A stretch of 64,000 nt of DNA from Podarcis melisellensis (taxonomy: Eukaryota): assembly GCA_964234715.1 (NCBI GenBank), contig OZ174282.1. One strand, written 5' to 3'. Each line of letters begins with the position of its first letter. The first letter of the stretch is position 1. Below the pieces are notes generated by a model. That model was not told the DNA's origin and made no database searches. It was given only the letters and a program-made list of their open reading frames with translations. This document shows, piece by piece, positions 25,469 through 37,343 of this stretch. The translations under genes and the position numbers were made by a program.

Positions 25469-25704
25469 CAGTGGTACCTCAGGTTTCTAGCATCTCAGAA
25501 GCCGAACATTGCCGAAAAGTCAGAAGTAATCGCTTCCGTTTTCAAACACGCCTTGGAAGTCAAACGGCTTCCACTGCGTATTTTCCATTAATTTTTTTTT
25601 CCAATTGAACTTGCAGCCCAGCCTTTTGCGCCTCGGTTTTCGAACGTTTCAGAAGTTGAACGGTCTTCTGGAACAGATTACGTTCGAGAACCAAAGTACC
25701 ACTG
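25469..25704. mobile_element. Tigger-like MITE, related to family B, in PRDM16 3' UTR
   Basis: TA|CAGTGGTAC...GTACCACTG|TA; shares the GGAAC.GATTACGTTCG segment. Confidence 0.85.
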
Positions 25705-26484
25705 TAGGTTTAAATTTGACAGATAATTGCCCTATGTTTCTTCCCTCCCACCCCACAATGCTGTTACAGACATGCTTCCATGGAAAGGTGTGAACTGGGT
25801 GTTGTAGTGTCTAGACAGGATTCCTTAGATGCTGATGTATCCTGCCCAGCTCCACCTGTGCTGTTTGAATATAGGAGAGAGAGGGCAGGTGCTAAGCTTG
25901 TAACTCTGGAAGACCAGAATGATCTTGCTAATGGGATATCTAAGGAGGAAACCAGCCCCTTCAACTCATGTTTACTGGCACTTTTCACGCATCCTGAGTG
26001 TGAATTTGGGCAATCCTAGAGAGCAGAGAATTCTGGATGGAGTGAAGTGCCTGCTCTGTCCAATGCCCCATTCCCCAGGCTCAATATCCTGGTGTCTGTA
26101 TGCGTAATAATACTGATCTCCATCTCCTGTTCATTCCACCATTGTTGCCTCTCTGTCAGTGTGCCCCTCAAAAAACCTGGTTGGCTATTTTTCTGGATTG
26201 TTTCACAAACGTGTGCTTCAAGAGCATATATCTCGAACTGCAAACAGCTTGGTGATTTCCCTAAGGTGCCCAAAATGTCGGGTTGGGTCAAGAAATAGGA
26301 AGCAGCATTCGACACCTGCTAAAAGATACTGTCTATAATATGTCAATGATTTTGTGGAGGGATGCAGGGGAATGTCCCTGAAGTGAGTCAGTGGAACCTG
26401 AAAATGTAGTTGAGATGGGGTGAAAGTGTGGGTCAAGGCATTTGCATTACTTTGTAACCAAAATTAGACCCCTTGCTCTTTCAA

Positions 26485-26739
26485 GAGAGCCAGTGTGGTG
26501 TAGTGGTTAAGAGCGGTAGACTCGTAATCTGGTGAACCGTGTTCGCTTCCCCGCTCCTCCACATGCAGCTGCTGGGTGACCTTGGGCTAGTCACACTTCT
26601 CTGAAGTCTCTCAGCCCCACTCACCTCACAGAGTGTTTGCTGTGGGGGAGGAAGGGAAAGGAGAATGTTAGCCGCTTTGAGACTCCTTCGGGTAGTGATA
26701 AAGCGGGATATCAAATCCAAAGTCGTCTTCTTCTTCTTC
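26485..26739 (+). mobile_element. Squam3B-like SINE in PRDM16 3' UTR
   Basis: Same family; short (CTT)n tail. Confidence 0.87.
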
Positions 26740-26905
26740 AAGCCAGTAAAAGGGCCAGCAAACAAGGCAGGAAAGTTGAAACGGAATTAGATGGTTATGT
26801 TGTGAAGCTTGGCAGCAAGGAAGCACTGTGATTGCCAAGGTGCATTTTATGTTGCAAACACAACCCTTCCCCCCCCCCCGCCACCTATATAAAACCAGCA
26901 CTTAA

Positions 26906-27083
26906 GGAGAGGCTGTGGCTCAATGGGTAGCACACCTGCTTGGAATGCAGAAGATCCCAAGTTAAATCCCTGATATCTCCAGGTAGGGCTAGGAAAGGCT
27001 CCTGCCTGGTGAAATCCTGGAAAGTTGGCATCCCTGAGGTAGATGGACCAACGGTCTGACTCAGTATGAGGCAGCATCATGTT
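26906..27083 (+). mobile_element. Old tRNA-Ala-like SINE with CR1-type tail (copies ~22740-22930, 36250-36430, 45030-45190, 47820-47990, 49820-49965, 60740-60930, 63860-63960)
   Basis: GCTCAATGGGTAGCAC..TGCAGAAGATCCCAAGTTAAATCCC head; TAGATGGACCAACGGTCTGACTCAGTATGAGGCAGC tail. Confidence 0.7.
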
Positions 27084-29819
27084 AGGATTTCGCAAGATTA
27101 TTTTCTCTGTGTGTGGAGAAGCCTTCGAGTTCCTCCAATCCTGTGTTTAGGGTGACAAATTATGAAAAGCACTTGCTCAGTGGGAAGAAACCCCCATCCC
27201 TTGACTCCCCAAAGAGGGTCTCTTGCCCAAAGTCTCATGGCAAATGAACTACAGCTGCACCACAGGGCAACTTCTGCAAGGGACGTTTCTGATGGACTGT
27301 AACCATGTACAAATTTAGGCACCAATAAATACTATAATGAACCACAGAAAAAGCACTGGATTGAGTTTCTCTCCGTCGTACTGCAAGCTACTGACTTAAA
27401 ACATTCATTATTTTAATATGCTGTAATTTTTTTGTGTGTGTCGTGGTCTGAGGGAGCGGGGAGGGAGGGAAGGGAGGGGGATGATGCATCATGGTGTAGA
27501 AACTCACAAAAAATAAACAAATGAAGGAATGGCGCGATCTACTTGCGCCGCTTTGCCAATGAGAATGTGGGCTCGAAACATTTCCTTCTATAATGGTCAG
27601 TAGGTGTCCTTCACAAACCCGTCAAACTGTTTTCCTGTATATTTAACAGATACTGTGATTAAAAGGTTTTGTTTCGCCTTAATCGAAGTGTATTTTCTTT
27701 TCTTTTTCGACTTTCCCCCCTCGCTGTCTCTGATTCCTCAGTCGTTGATACCACTTTCAGAACGATGTATGATTTATTATTATTTTTTTGTAAGGAAAAA
27801 TAAAAAAACAAACGGCAGCTTTGCTTCTTCCTCCCTAACAGGCAATTCACAGACGATCAAAAGATTCTAAAGCCATTTCTTAGAGGGCAATATCTACACC
27901 AGAGACTGAAGCTGCAGTTCTGAAACCCACTTACCTGGGAGTAAGCCCCATTAAACACAGTGGAACGTATCTCCAAGTAAACATGCCTCAGATTGCACTG
28001 GAAGGCTGCAATCCTATACACCAGTGGCGGGCAGGTGGTAAATCAGTGTTAACCCAGGAAAAGTAACAACACACAAGTTGCTTTTAATTAATTTGCTGAG
28101 ATGAACTAATTTTGTTGTTGTTGAGAAAACTAGTAGTGCATTTGTGTATGAAAAGATTCCTGCATGACTGTTGGGGTCCCTTTCAACATTACGGACCTAT
28201 GACTCTTATGGACAGCCCTAGCTAGTCCTGGAAATATATCCTCAGACTGAGCCTGTGACAAGAGCCCTCCAAGTCCTCAATAGCACCGCCATTTTGCAAC
28301 TGACCCTGGCTAATGGATCTCAGGAGCAGCACTATGGTGCAATGGTTAAAGATTGTTGGACTAGGACCTGGGAGAACAGGGTAAAAAATCCCTAGTCAGC
28401 CATGAAGCTCCTCACTTGGGGCCAGTCACTCTCTCTTAGCCAAACCTCCCTCACAGGTTTGTTGTGAGGTAAAATATGGAGGAGAACCACGTATGCCGTC
28501 TGGGGCTCCTTGAAGGAAAGGTGCCATGTGAATCCAACAAAGAAATAAAAAGTGCTAGGAAAAGAAAATGGATTCATTGGACCTGAAATCTGCCCGCCTC
28601 TGCTGTATATGGTTTACCTGGGAGTAACTCTGGTTGAAATCAATGGGGCTTATGACTGAATTGAGCAGAATTGCACTTTCAGTGGCTTAACACTAGCCGT
28701 TCCATCTCCTCAGGGTTCCTTGGGAACTGTAGTTTGCTAAGGCTGAGAGTCTCTAACCAGAAAGTCTCAGCATTCACAGTAAACTAGCATTTCCAAGATT
28801 TTGGGGAGGCAGCCAATGCAATTAAAAACTGACATATGTTTCTAGTGTAGATATGCCTCGTTGTCTTAGCTTGTCTTTCTCTGCGTCTTCAGAATGCAAG
28901 CTTTTTTTCCCCCCCAAAAAAGCCCACTGCCTACCTACAAAAAGATGTAATTTTTTCATGTTTTTTAAAAAGAACCTTATATATATAAATGGTAGCAAGG
29001 AATATGATTTGTGTATTTGTCCTCATCTTCCTGTTCTTATCCCATCCTCCTGCTGTTGCTACAGTGTACACGTTTGATCTAGGATATTTTATTTCTTTTA
29101 GAACTGTATAGTCTCTCTCTCCCCCTTCTCTCTCTTGCTTTTTTTTTTTTTTAATCAATTGTAAATGTCTGGTTTTTTCAAATAATGTTTTTAAAACACT
29201 GCGAAAGAGGAAGGTGCTAGTTCCTTAGCATTCTGGAGTGTATATTGCTTCTATTCTGTTTATAAGTAAGAAAACAAAACAAAACTGTGCATGACTTGTG
29301 TTTAGCAGTCATTATTGTGTCCGTTTGTGAAATTTTTATTAAAAAGGAAAAAAAAATTCAGTAGATGCACTTATGTATATGTGATTAGGGGTTTTGTTTC
29401 ATTTTCCCCCCCTCCGTTGTTGTTTCGTTTGGGGATTATTATTATTATTATTATTTGTTCTTTTTTTTTTTGAGTTGGGGCTAGAAGCCTTGAACTGCCA
29501 AGGAAAATTTTAAATAAGTGGCAGTTATTAATTAATACGAAATCGCTTTGTTGGGAGAATAAATAAAGTAAAAAAAAATAAAAAAGAGGTGATGTGTAGA
29601 ATATAATTAAAATAAAAGGCGATTTTTTTTTGCAAAAATTTCACTTTGATGCTTGTGATAAAAAGATGAAAAACAAACAATGTACTTGTGTAGAGAAATT
29701 CCTTTAAAAAAATAATGACTAGAAAGCGCTGATTTTGAGGTTAATGCTGTAGAATAGGAATGTATACCAAATGTAATCTTTCCAATGCTACAACGGATTT
29801 ATACATGAGATTGATATGC

Positions 29820-29825
29820 AATAAA
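29820..29825 (+). terminator. Polyadenylation signal AATAAA, likely distal PRDM16 PAS
   Basis: AATAAA at the end of the last AU-rich block, upstream TGTA motifs, followed by GTGTGCTTTTTT. Confidence 0.65.
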
Positions 29826-29919
29826 CCTGTGTGCTTTTTTAAAGGATGCTCCTCTGCATTTTCTTGGGATGCGTACAAAGCGGTGAACATTAAGTTGATT
29901 ACATAATGAATACAATTTA

Positions 29920-30178
29920 CAGTCATACCTCATGTTACGTCCACTTCATGTTATGTTCTTTAAGGTTACGTACCGTGGCGACCCGGAAGCACCGGAAAGG
30001 GTTACTTCCAGGTTTTTCCACTCACACATGCGCAGAAGCGCAAAATGATGTCACGCGCATGTGCAGAAGGGTGAATCGCAACCTGCATGTGTGCAGACAT
30101 GCTGCTGCAGGTTTCGTTCTTTTCATGTTGCGAATGGGCCTCCAGAAAGGATCCCATTCGAAACCAGAGGTACCACTG
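29920..30178. mobile_element. Tigger-like MITE, family C
   Basis: TA|CAGTCATACCTC...GAGGTACCACTG|TA; related copy at 43752. Confidence 0.85.
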
Positions 30179-30294
30179 TACTGGGCACTGAGTCTGGGTC
30201 CTGGGTTTTTGCGTTGGGGGGGGGGGATTTGTTCTGTGTACAGTTGAGACAACAGTCAAGCAACCTTTCTTTTTGCCACCATTGTATATTGTTT

Positions 30295-30596
30295 GGGATG
30301 TGGGTGGTGCTGTGGGTTAAACCACAGAGCCTAGGACTTGCCAATCGGAATGTCAGCAGTTCGAATCCCTGCGACGGCATGTCAAAGTGCAAGTAGATAA
30401 ATAGGTACCGCTCCAGTAGGAAGGTAAACAGTGTTTCCGTGCGCTGCTCTGGTTCTCCAGAAGCGGCTTAGTCATGCTGGCCACATGACCCGGAAGTTGT
30501 ACGCCAGCTCCCTCGGCCAGTAAAGCAAGATGAGCACCGCAGCCCCGGAGTTGGTCACGACTGGATCTAATGGTCAGGGGTCCCTTTACCTTTACC
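30295..30596 (+). mobile_element. Sauria SINE with internal deletion
   Basis: Head and tail present; TSD TATATTGTTT at 30285-30294 and 30599-30608. Confidence 0.92.
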
Positions 30597-30963
30597 TATA
30601 TATTGTTTAATACTCTTTGAGTGTGAAAGAAGCCCTGGTTATATCATACTTACAATGGCAGTGGGTACCAAAATGCTCTGTGAATGGGTATCTGAAGGGA
30701 AGCAGTTCTAGGATTTGGAATCTCTCCTCATCGCTGGACTCCTCTGTCTAGATTTCTTTTCTGTACAGCTTTCCCTATCCCTTGCTATTTCTGATAGGAT
30801 AACAGTTTGCTTCTGCCCACCCACGCTGTTCTCTATTGTAACACAGGACATCCTTTGTTTGTGTTTGCTACACTTATATAAAAGCTTTGTGCCTCCTTTG
30901 TTTGAGGTTTGGTTCTTTTGGAGAGATCCAAACTAAGACTCACTTGTTGCAGCTTTGAATATA

Positions 30964-31222
30964 CTGTATTTTTTGCTCTATAAGACTCACTTTTCCCCTC
31001 CTAAAAAGTAAGGGGAAATGTGTGTGTGTCTTATGGGGTGAATGCAGGCTGCGCAGCTATCCCAGAAGCCAGAACAGCAAGAGGGATCGCTGCTTTCGCT
31101 GCGCAGTGATCCCTCTTGTTGTTCTGGCTTCTGAGATTCAGAATATTTTTTTTCTTGTTTTCCTCCTCCAAAAACTAGGTGCATCTTATGGTCTGGTGCG
31201 TCTTATAGAGCGAAAAATATGG
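30964..31222. mobile_element. Tc2/pogo-like MITE
   Basis: TA|CTGTATTTTTTGCTCTATAAGAC...GTCTTATAGAGCGAAAAATATGG|TA. Confidence 0.85.
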
Positions 31223-31747
31223 TACCTTTTTTTACTTTTCCACCCATTATCCCTTGCCATTGGCCAAGGAGGGACAGCGTTTTGAGCTTTGGTTCTGATA
31301 ACAAAAATGAACACAGCTGTTATGGACAGCACTCGAGGCATCTGCCCAACTCAGAAGGCCTCTAAAGAAAAGGTTTGTTGTTGGGAGGATGAGAATGCCC
31401 ACATGTAGTTCATTTCCATACCCTAAATCAGTCATGTGACCAGACAGAGCCTTGTAGCCAAGGCTTATCCCCCTCTACAAAAAAAGTCCTCCCCTTGTTG
31501 ATGACACATAAGAGGAAATGAATTTGGAGGCAGTGGGTGAAAATTTGCCTGCATGTTGTGCAACTCAGTGGTGTGAGCCAGGTATGATAAGCCTGTCCCT
31601 GCACCCCAGAAGTTGCTGGACTTACATAATCCTTGGCCATACTAGTTGGGAGTCCAGTGGCAGTTTGTGGGCCCCAGCTTACCCATCCCTGGTGAAGGCA
31701 ATATGCAGGGATGTTGTTTTCGATACTTTGTTTTAGAAGTAGGCATG

Positions 31748-32184
31748 AGGAAGAAGGAGGAGGAGGAGGAGGAGGAGGAGGAGGAGGAGGAGGAGGAGGA
31801 CTTTGGATTTGATATCCCGCTTTATCACTACCCTAAGGAGTCTCAAAGCGGCTAACATTCTCCTTTCCCTTCCTCCCCCACAACACTCTGTGAGGTGAGT
31901 GGGGCTGAGAGACTTCAGAGAAGTGTGACTGACCCAAGGTCACCCAGCAGCTCAGTGGCGTAGCGTGGGGGGTGCAGGGGGGCCAGCTGCACCGGGCGCA
32001 ACATCTGGGGGTTAGGGTTAGGGGGCGCAAATCCACGGGTTAGGGGGTGCAAATTACTTGCCTTGCCCCAGGTGCTGACAACCCACGCTACGCCACTACA
32101 GCAGCTGCATGTGGAGGAGCAGGGAAGCGAACCCGGTTCACCAGATTACGAGACTACCGCTCTTAACCACTACACCACACTGGC
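31748..32184 (-). mobile_element. Squam3B-like SINE interrupted by a hAT MITE; (GAG)n tail at 31748-31800
   Basis: The two halves rejoin colinearly across the duplicated CAGCAGCT. Confidence 0.88.
31953..32098. mobile_element. 146-bp hAT-type MITE containing TTAGGG repeats
   Basis: 17-bp TIRs CAGTGGCGTAGCGTGGG / CCCACGCTACGCCACTA (1 mismatch); 8-bp TSD CAGCAGCT at 31945-31952 and 32099-32106. Confidence 0.92.
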
Positions 32185-32812
32185 ATAGTTCTCTGACACA
32201 GGGAAAACCATGCTTGGGAGCACATAAGTCGCCTTTGCATGCTAGCTGCCTACCTTTCAGTGTTTTATCCTACTTTTCCTACAAGGAACTGGGGGTGGCT
32301 TCTAAGAGAATGCCCTCCCTACCACTTAACCCTGTGAGGTAGGTTAGCTTGAGAGACAGTAACTGGCACAAGGTCGCTCAATACATTTTGTGGCTGAAGA
32401 CTGACCTTAAGCACCACACTGCACTGTTAGCAGGGGTCCCAGGAAACAGTTGGCATGCACCCTGGGGAAACTGCATTTCCCGGGGGCACTTGTACTTAGA
32501 TTGCTGCAGTAAGTTCCACATTTAACTCCCACTTGGAAAAACAAACAAGCACTTTTTGCAGAACTTTGTAGCTCTTGAAAAACCGAAACAGGAGAGGATG
32601 AGGATGGATACCTTTATATGCATAAGCACTAGCTGTGTGTCCGGGTGCCAAAGCACCACGTAGGCAGCAATTGCATTTGCAGCGTGCTGCTAATTGTGAC
32701 TGCAAATGTTTGCAGGCTCTCCCACCACCCGAATTGCTGCATCTCAATACAGTACAGTATGCCTGCAATTTACAGTATGCCTGCAATTCATGTCTAAAAC
32801 CCAAACTGAGTA

Positions 32813-33053
32813 CAATGGTACCTCGGGTTAAGAACTTAATTCGTTCCAGAGGTCCGTTTTTAACCTGAAACAGTTCTTAACCTGAAGTACCACTTTAGCT
32901 AATGGGGCCTCCCGCTGCTGCCATGCCTCCGGAGCACAATTTCTGTTCTCATCCTGAAGCAAATTCTTAACCCGAGGTACTATTTCTGGGTTAGCAGAGT
33001 CTGTAACCTGAAGCATATGTAACCTGAAGCGTATGTAACCCGAGGTACCACTA
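32813..33053. mobile_element. Tigger-like MITE, family A
   Basis: TA flanks, TIRs, colinear with the 9448 copy. Confidence 0.88.
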
Positions 33054-33250
33054 TATAGTCAAAACACATTGGGCGCAATGGCGAGTGGGATTGGCATAGT
33101 TCTCTCCCACCCCCCACCCCCAGACACCTCCCCGCCCCTTTCTGTACCCTTTCAATTTATTTATTTTAATTGTCAAGTTTGTAAAGATGAATGCCCACAA
33201 GTTAAATGCATGTAAGTTGCAAGTGTATTCAAGGCAATAAGCAGCATCAC

Positions 33251-33264
33251 CCAGCAGAGGGCGA
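33251..33264 (+). promoter_or_regulatory. Candidate CTCF site between PRDM16 and ARHGEF16
   Basis: CCAGCAGAGGGCGA matches the core consensus CCASYAGRKGGCR; motif only. Confidence 0.5.
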
Positions 33265-33659
33265 GCTGCAGCTGCAGAATCTGGGCTTTGCAGCAGCGTT
33301 TCCAAGCTATCTAATGCACGGGGCCCAAATTCCAAGCAATGTTAAGAGTTCTGCGATTTGAACTCCCAATGGCATTTTCCTTTCCATAAGAGTGTAAGAA
33401 GAGCTCTGCTGAATCAGGCCAAGGGACCATTGGGTGCAACATCCTGTTATCCCAGTGACTAACTAGATGCCCCCGGCAATCAGGACCTGACCCCAACAGC
33501 ATTATCACTCCACCTGCAATTCCCCAAAACTGGTATCAGAAGCCTTAGATACCCTAAGTTACTCTGTTTTATTTCTACTTTTAAATTCTGGTTGGTTTTT
33601 TAAATCTTCGCTCTTGTTGGGTTTTTAATGTTTTAATTTTTTATTTTTTCAATTGCAAC

Positions 33660-34900
33660 TCCCGGCGTTGCGTTTTGCTGGTTAACCAGCCCAGGGGGTT
33701 GAATCTTTTTGTAACTTGACGCCCGCGTGGGAACCTGCCCGGCCTGGAAGAGTTAAAGGAAGTTCAGAGGACGTCTTTGGGACGCCCAAGCTCCAAATGG
33801 CAAGGCAGGCTGGCTGCAAGAGAGACCGGTCGGCTCTTGCGCCCCAGCTGGAGAAAGAGAGCCAAGTGGGAGGGCTTGCCCAGGTGCACTTCGATCTCAG
33901 GCTCCTCCTCGGAGGGTGGAGCCCCCCTTCTCAGGCGACACCTGTGCTTTTCTTTTCTTTCTTGTCCCAGGCCGAGGACGGTGGCGCTCCGTTGACGCTG
34001 GAGACTGAGCCCCGATGGAGACGTAAAGAAGGTGAGCGCGTTTGGAGAAAAGCGCGCACGGGTTTGTTTTGGGGATGTTTGTGAGCTCGTGGGAAAGTTA
34101 GCTCGCTGGTCAAAGGAGGACAAGGCATAGTTTTCCCAATTGCTTCCTTACCGGGAGGGAGGCTCCTCGCATCTCTCCCCCCACCCCACCCCACCCCGCG
34201 CGCCTTGATTATGGGGAGCTGTGATTTGGAGTTGTGTGGCTCGGTTTCAAATCGTGGGCGTTCAGGCAGTCACCTCCGCGGGTCGTATGTATCCCGGTTA
34301 GAAAAGGGCGTCCCAGCAGTTAATAAAGCAAAGCTGCTTCACTTGCTGCATTCTGCACTAAGGGAACAAATCTGTGAATTGTAGAGTTGGCGCGCATCGA
34401 GTCCGACCCCTTGCAAATCCTGGAGGGGCGAAATCTAGGCTAGCAGGGGACCGATCCTTTTCCAGGCCTGGATCTTCTAATTTCAGCGGGTCTACTCTGA
34501 GCAGGGATCCCGCAGGATACAGGCCCCTGTTGTTGATAAGACGACTTCCTTTTGCGGAAGGCGGCCCGAGAATCGCATGCGTGGCGCACGGTGTACAAAG
34601 GGTTAAAAGGAGATTGGCTGGAAAATTGCAACAGGCACCTTTTGCTCTGACGTAAGCGGTGCATCGTCGAAGTGGAACTTACTCCTGAGTCTGAGTCCCC
34701 ACTGGATTGTGGCTCGCGTGTGGCGTGGAGGGGGCGGGCTTCTTGTGCGTGATGAGCCAGCTGAATGCGTACTCGAGTAAGCATAATAGAGGATTGTAAT
34801 AATTTATTTTATTTTTAGTAAATGATGAGTGTAGCCTTCCTGCGTGTAATCCATGTGTATCCACCGCACTGTGGGTGGGTGGGGGGCGCAACTGTGCCCC
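33660..34900 (+). promoter_or_regulatory. ARHGEF16: CpG-rich island, probable ARHGEF16 promoter and non-coding first exon(s)
   Basis: Visibly high CpG density relative to flanks; reverse CCAAT (GATTGG ~34611), GC box GGGGCGGG ~34731; candidate donors AAG|gtgagc 34031, GAC|gtaagc 34651, CGA|gtaagc 34776; lies ~6 kb upstream of the ATG exon, which has an acceptor. Confidence 0.7.
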
Positions 34901-35125
34901 TTGCCCCTTCCTCCTCCCCCCCCATCCCCGATATCCCAAATAGAAACCAAGAGTAAGTTTGTAGAATCTGTGAAATGAAGCAAAATATGTAGACGCTACT
35001 CTCTCTCTGTGTGTAATTATCCCCCCTCACTTTAGGTGTTGTTTCTCTCCCTGCCCCTGCCCCCCAAAGGATTGCAGGTACCCATGGTGCAATCCTGTGC
35101 AGGCCCAGTAAGTATGGTGGCACTT

Positions 35126-35466
35126 AAGGGTAAAGGGGCCCCCGACCATTAGGTCCAGTCGTGGCCAACTCTGGGGTTGCGGCGCTCATCTCGCTTTATT
35201 GGCCGAGGGAGGCGGCGTACAGCTTCCGGGTCATGTGGCCAGCATGACTAAGCGGCTTCTGGCGAACCAGAGGAGCGCACGGAAACACTGTTTACCTTCC
35301 CACCGGAGTGGTACCTATTTATCTACTTGCACTTTGACATGCTTTTGAACTGCTAAGTTGGCAGGAGCAGGGACTGAGCAACGGGAGCTCACCCCGTCGT
35401 GGGGATTCGAACTGCCAACCTTCTGATTGGCAAGTCCTAGGCTCTGTGGTTTAACACACAGCACCA
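35126..35466 (-). mobile_element. Sauria SINE
   Basis: Family match; extreme 5' end degraded. Confidence 0.9.
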
Positions 35467-36990
35467 TGTCTAGCACCATGCTGCCTCTCTGTCACCTTGG
35501 CATATTTGGGAGTAAATTAAGTCAGACTGATTTAAGAGTGAACCTGGATAGGGTCAGCCTTCAGAGAATAGTTTGGGGAAACCAAGGTCTCAAACAAAGG
35601 AATCTGAATGAAATCCATGGCCACTGCTGGGGGGGGGGCACTGTTAGGATCAAGCTTTTCAATATTTAAAGTGCTTTGGCTGGAAACGGGTTGACTAATG
35701 AAAAGCTTACAAGCTATTTAGGCTTGCTGGCGTTCTCCCGGGTTCACGGAAGGGCTTGAAAGTGAAACTAGTCATATCTGGTTGTGTTCAAGGTTGGTCC
35801 TACTTGGAGCAGACTCACTGAAATCAATGGACTGAAGTTAGCTATGTCAATTAATTGCAATGGATCTACAGTCAGTAGGGCTAACATTGGATAGGAGCTA
35901 TAACCCTAAAGTTTACCTCCTTCCTGAAAACGGTGACCTATTTAAGGAGCATCCATCCTGATTCCTTTGCACAAAATTTGTGGGAAGCTTAGATAGCAGT
36001 GGCTATTTGTTGAGTACTCGTTCTGTTTCTTTTGCAAGGAGGTTATATGACATTGAGTCAAGCCCGGTGCTATTTCACACTTTCTTGTGCATTTCCACCT
36101 TGCTTCTCTTACCGAGAAAAGTCCAAATTTTGCAGGGAAGCAGGTTTATTGAGAGAGCCAAATTAACTTGAATGGTGCAGCCCTAATTTGCTGGCACATG
36201 ATGGAATCACACCCGGAAATGGTGAATCTGAAAGTGTCCTGGGAGAGAACGATAGGCCTTATCCTGAGTCACTCAGACCATTGATCCAGCTAGCTCAGTA
36301 TTGTCTACACTAACTGGCAGCAGCTCTCCAGGCTTTCAGAAAGGGAACATTTTCAGTCCTGTCTGGAGATGGTGGGAATTGGACCTGTTACTCTCTTCAT
36401 CCAAAGCAGATGCACTACCCATAGAACCAGGCTTTAATTTTCATCTGAAAGTGGTTATTGAATCACACCTGACTGCTAGTCCTGTATGGCTAGCTGTGAT
36501 TCCTTCATTGCATGACCTTTTGGTCCCTTCCGTCTCTACAATTTTATGATTCTCTGATTCTTTTTTCATTTATTACATCCTGTCTCAGGAGTTGATGCTA
36601 GCCAGTTTTGCCTGCATGTTATTTTCCCAACCTGGCTCCTGTGCTTTCGACTGCAGCCTAGTACTTGGAAATCCAACAAGACAAATTGTTACAATCAGCA
36701 CAGTGTAGCACTTAGAATGTTGAAAGCCCTTTGTATACATGACACAAGTAATTTTTTAATGACAGCCCTGCAGGAGGAGGAGTCAACAGTATGATCCTCG
36801 GGGGAAAATAATAATACCAACAGAACTGCCAGCAGGTTCATAGCAAATGAGAAATTTGAACCAGGAACATTCCCGCTTGTGTGTTCTGCCAGCACGTGGA
36901 ACTGGCTCTCATTGAGGAAGCTAATTGTGCCAGCATCGCTCTGTGTGTCCCCACCACCATGGTTGAAGTTATGTGCAACTAGGGTCAGAT

Positions 36991-37343
36991 GGGACACGGG
37001 TGGCGCTGTGGGTTATATCACAGAGCCTAGGGCTTGCCGATCAGAAGGTTGGCAGTTCAAATCCCCGCGATGGGGTGAGCTCCCATTGCTTGGTCCCTGC
37101 TCCTGCCAACCTAGCAGTTCAAAAGCACGTCAAAGTGCAAGTAGATAAATAGGTACTGCTCTGATAGGAAGATAAATGGTGTTTCCATGCACTGCTCTGG
37201 TTCGCCAGAAGCAGCTTAGTCATGCTGGGCACATGACCTGGAAGCTGTACGCCGGCTCCCTCGGCAAATAAAGCGAGATGAGCGCTGCAACCCCAGAGTC
37301 GTCCGCGACTGGACCTAACGTTCAGTGGTCCCTTTTTTACCTT
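36991..37343 (+). mobile_element. Sauria SINE
   Basis: Full length; TSD TAGGGT(C/T)AGAT at 36980-36990 and 37344-37354. Confidence 0.93.

Larger units (their letters stand above)
18563..29845 (+). other. PRDM16: Putative long PRDM16 3' UTR (~11.3 kb)
   Basis: Follows the stop; AU-rich, repeat-free UTR-like blocks at ~24050-24800, ~27290-27870 and ~28870-29840; ends at AATAAA 29820. The extent is inferred, with no transcript evidence. Confidence 0.6.

Noticed and set aside
31646-31855. Poly-Glu ORF resembling an acidic domain exon
   Set aside because: It is the (GAG)n tail of an antisense SINE
33716-34784. Overlapping 90-120 aa ORFs in the CpG island
   Set aside because: Expected from stop-codon scarcity in GC-rich DNA; the true ARHGEF16 N-terminus (MSQRHS) starts at 40759
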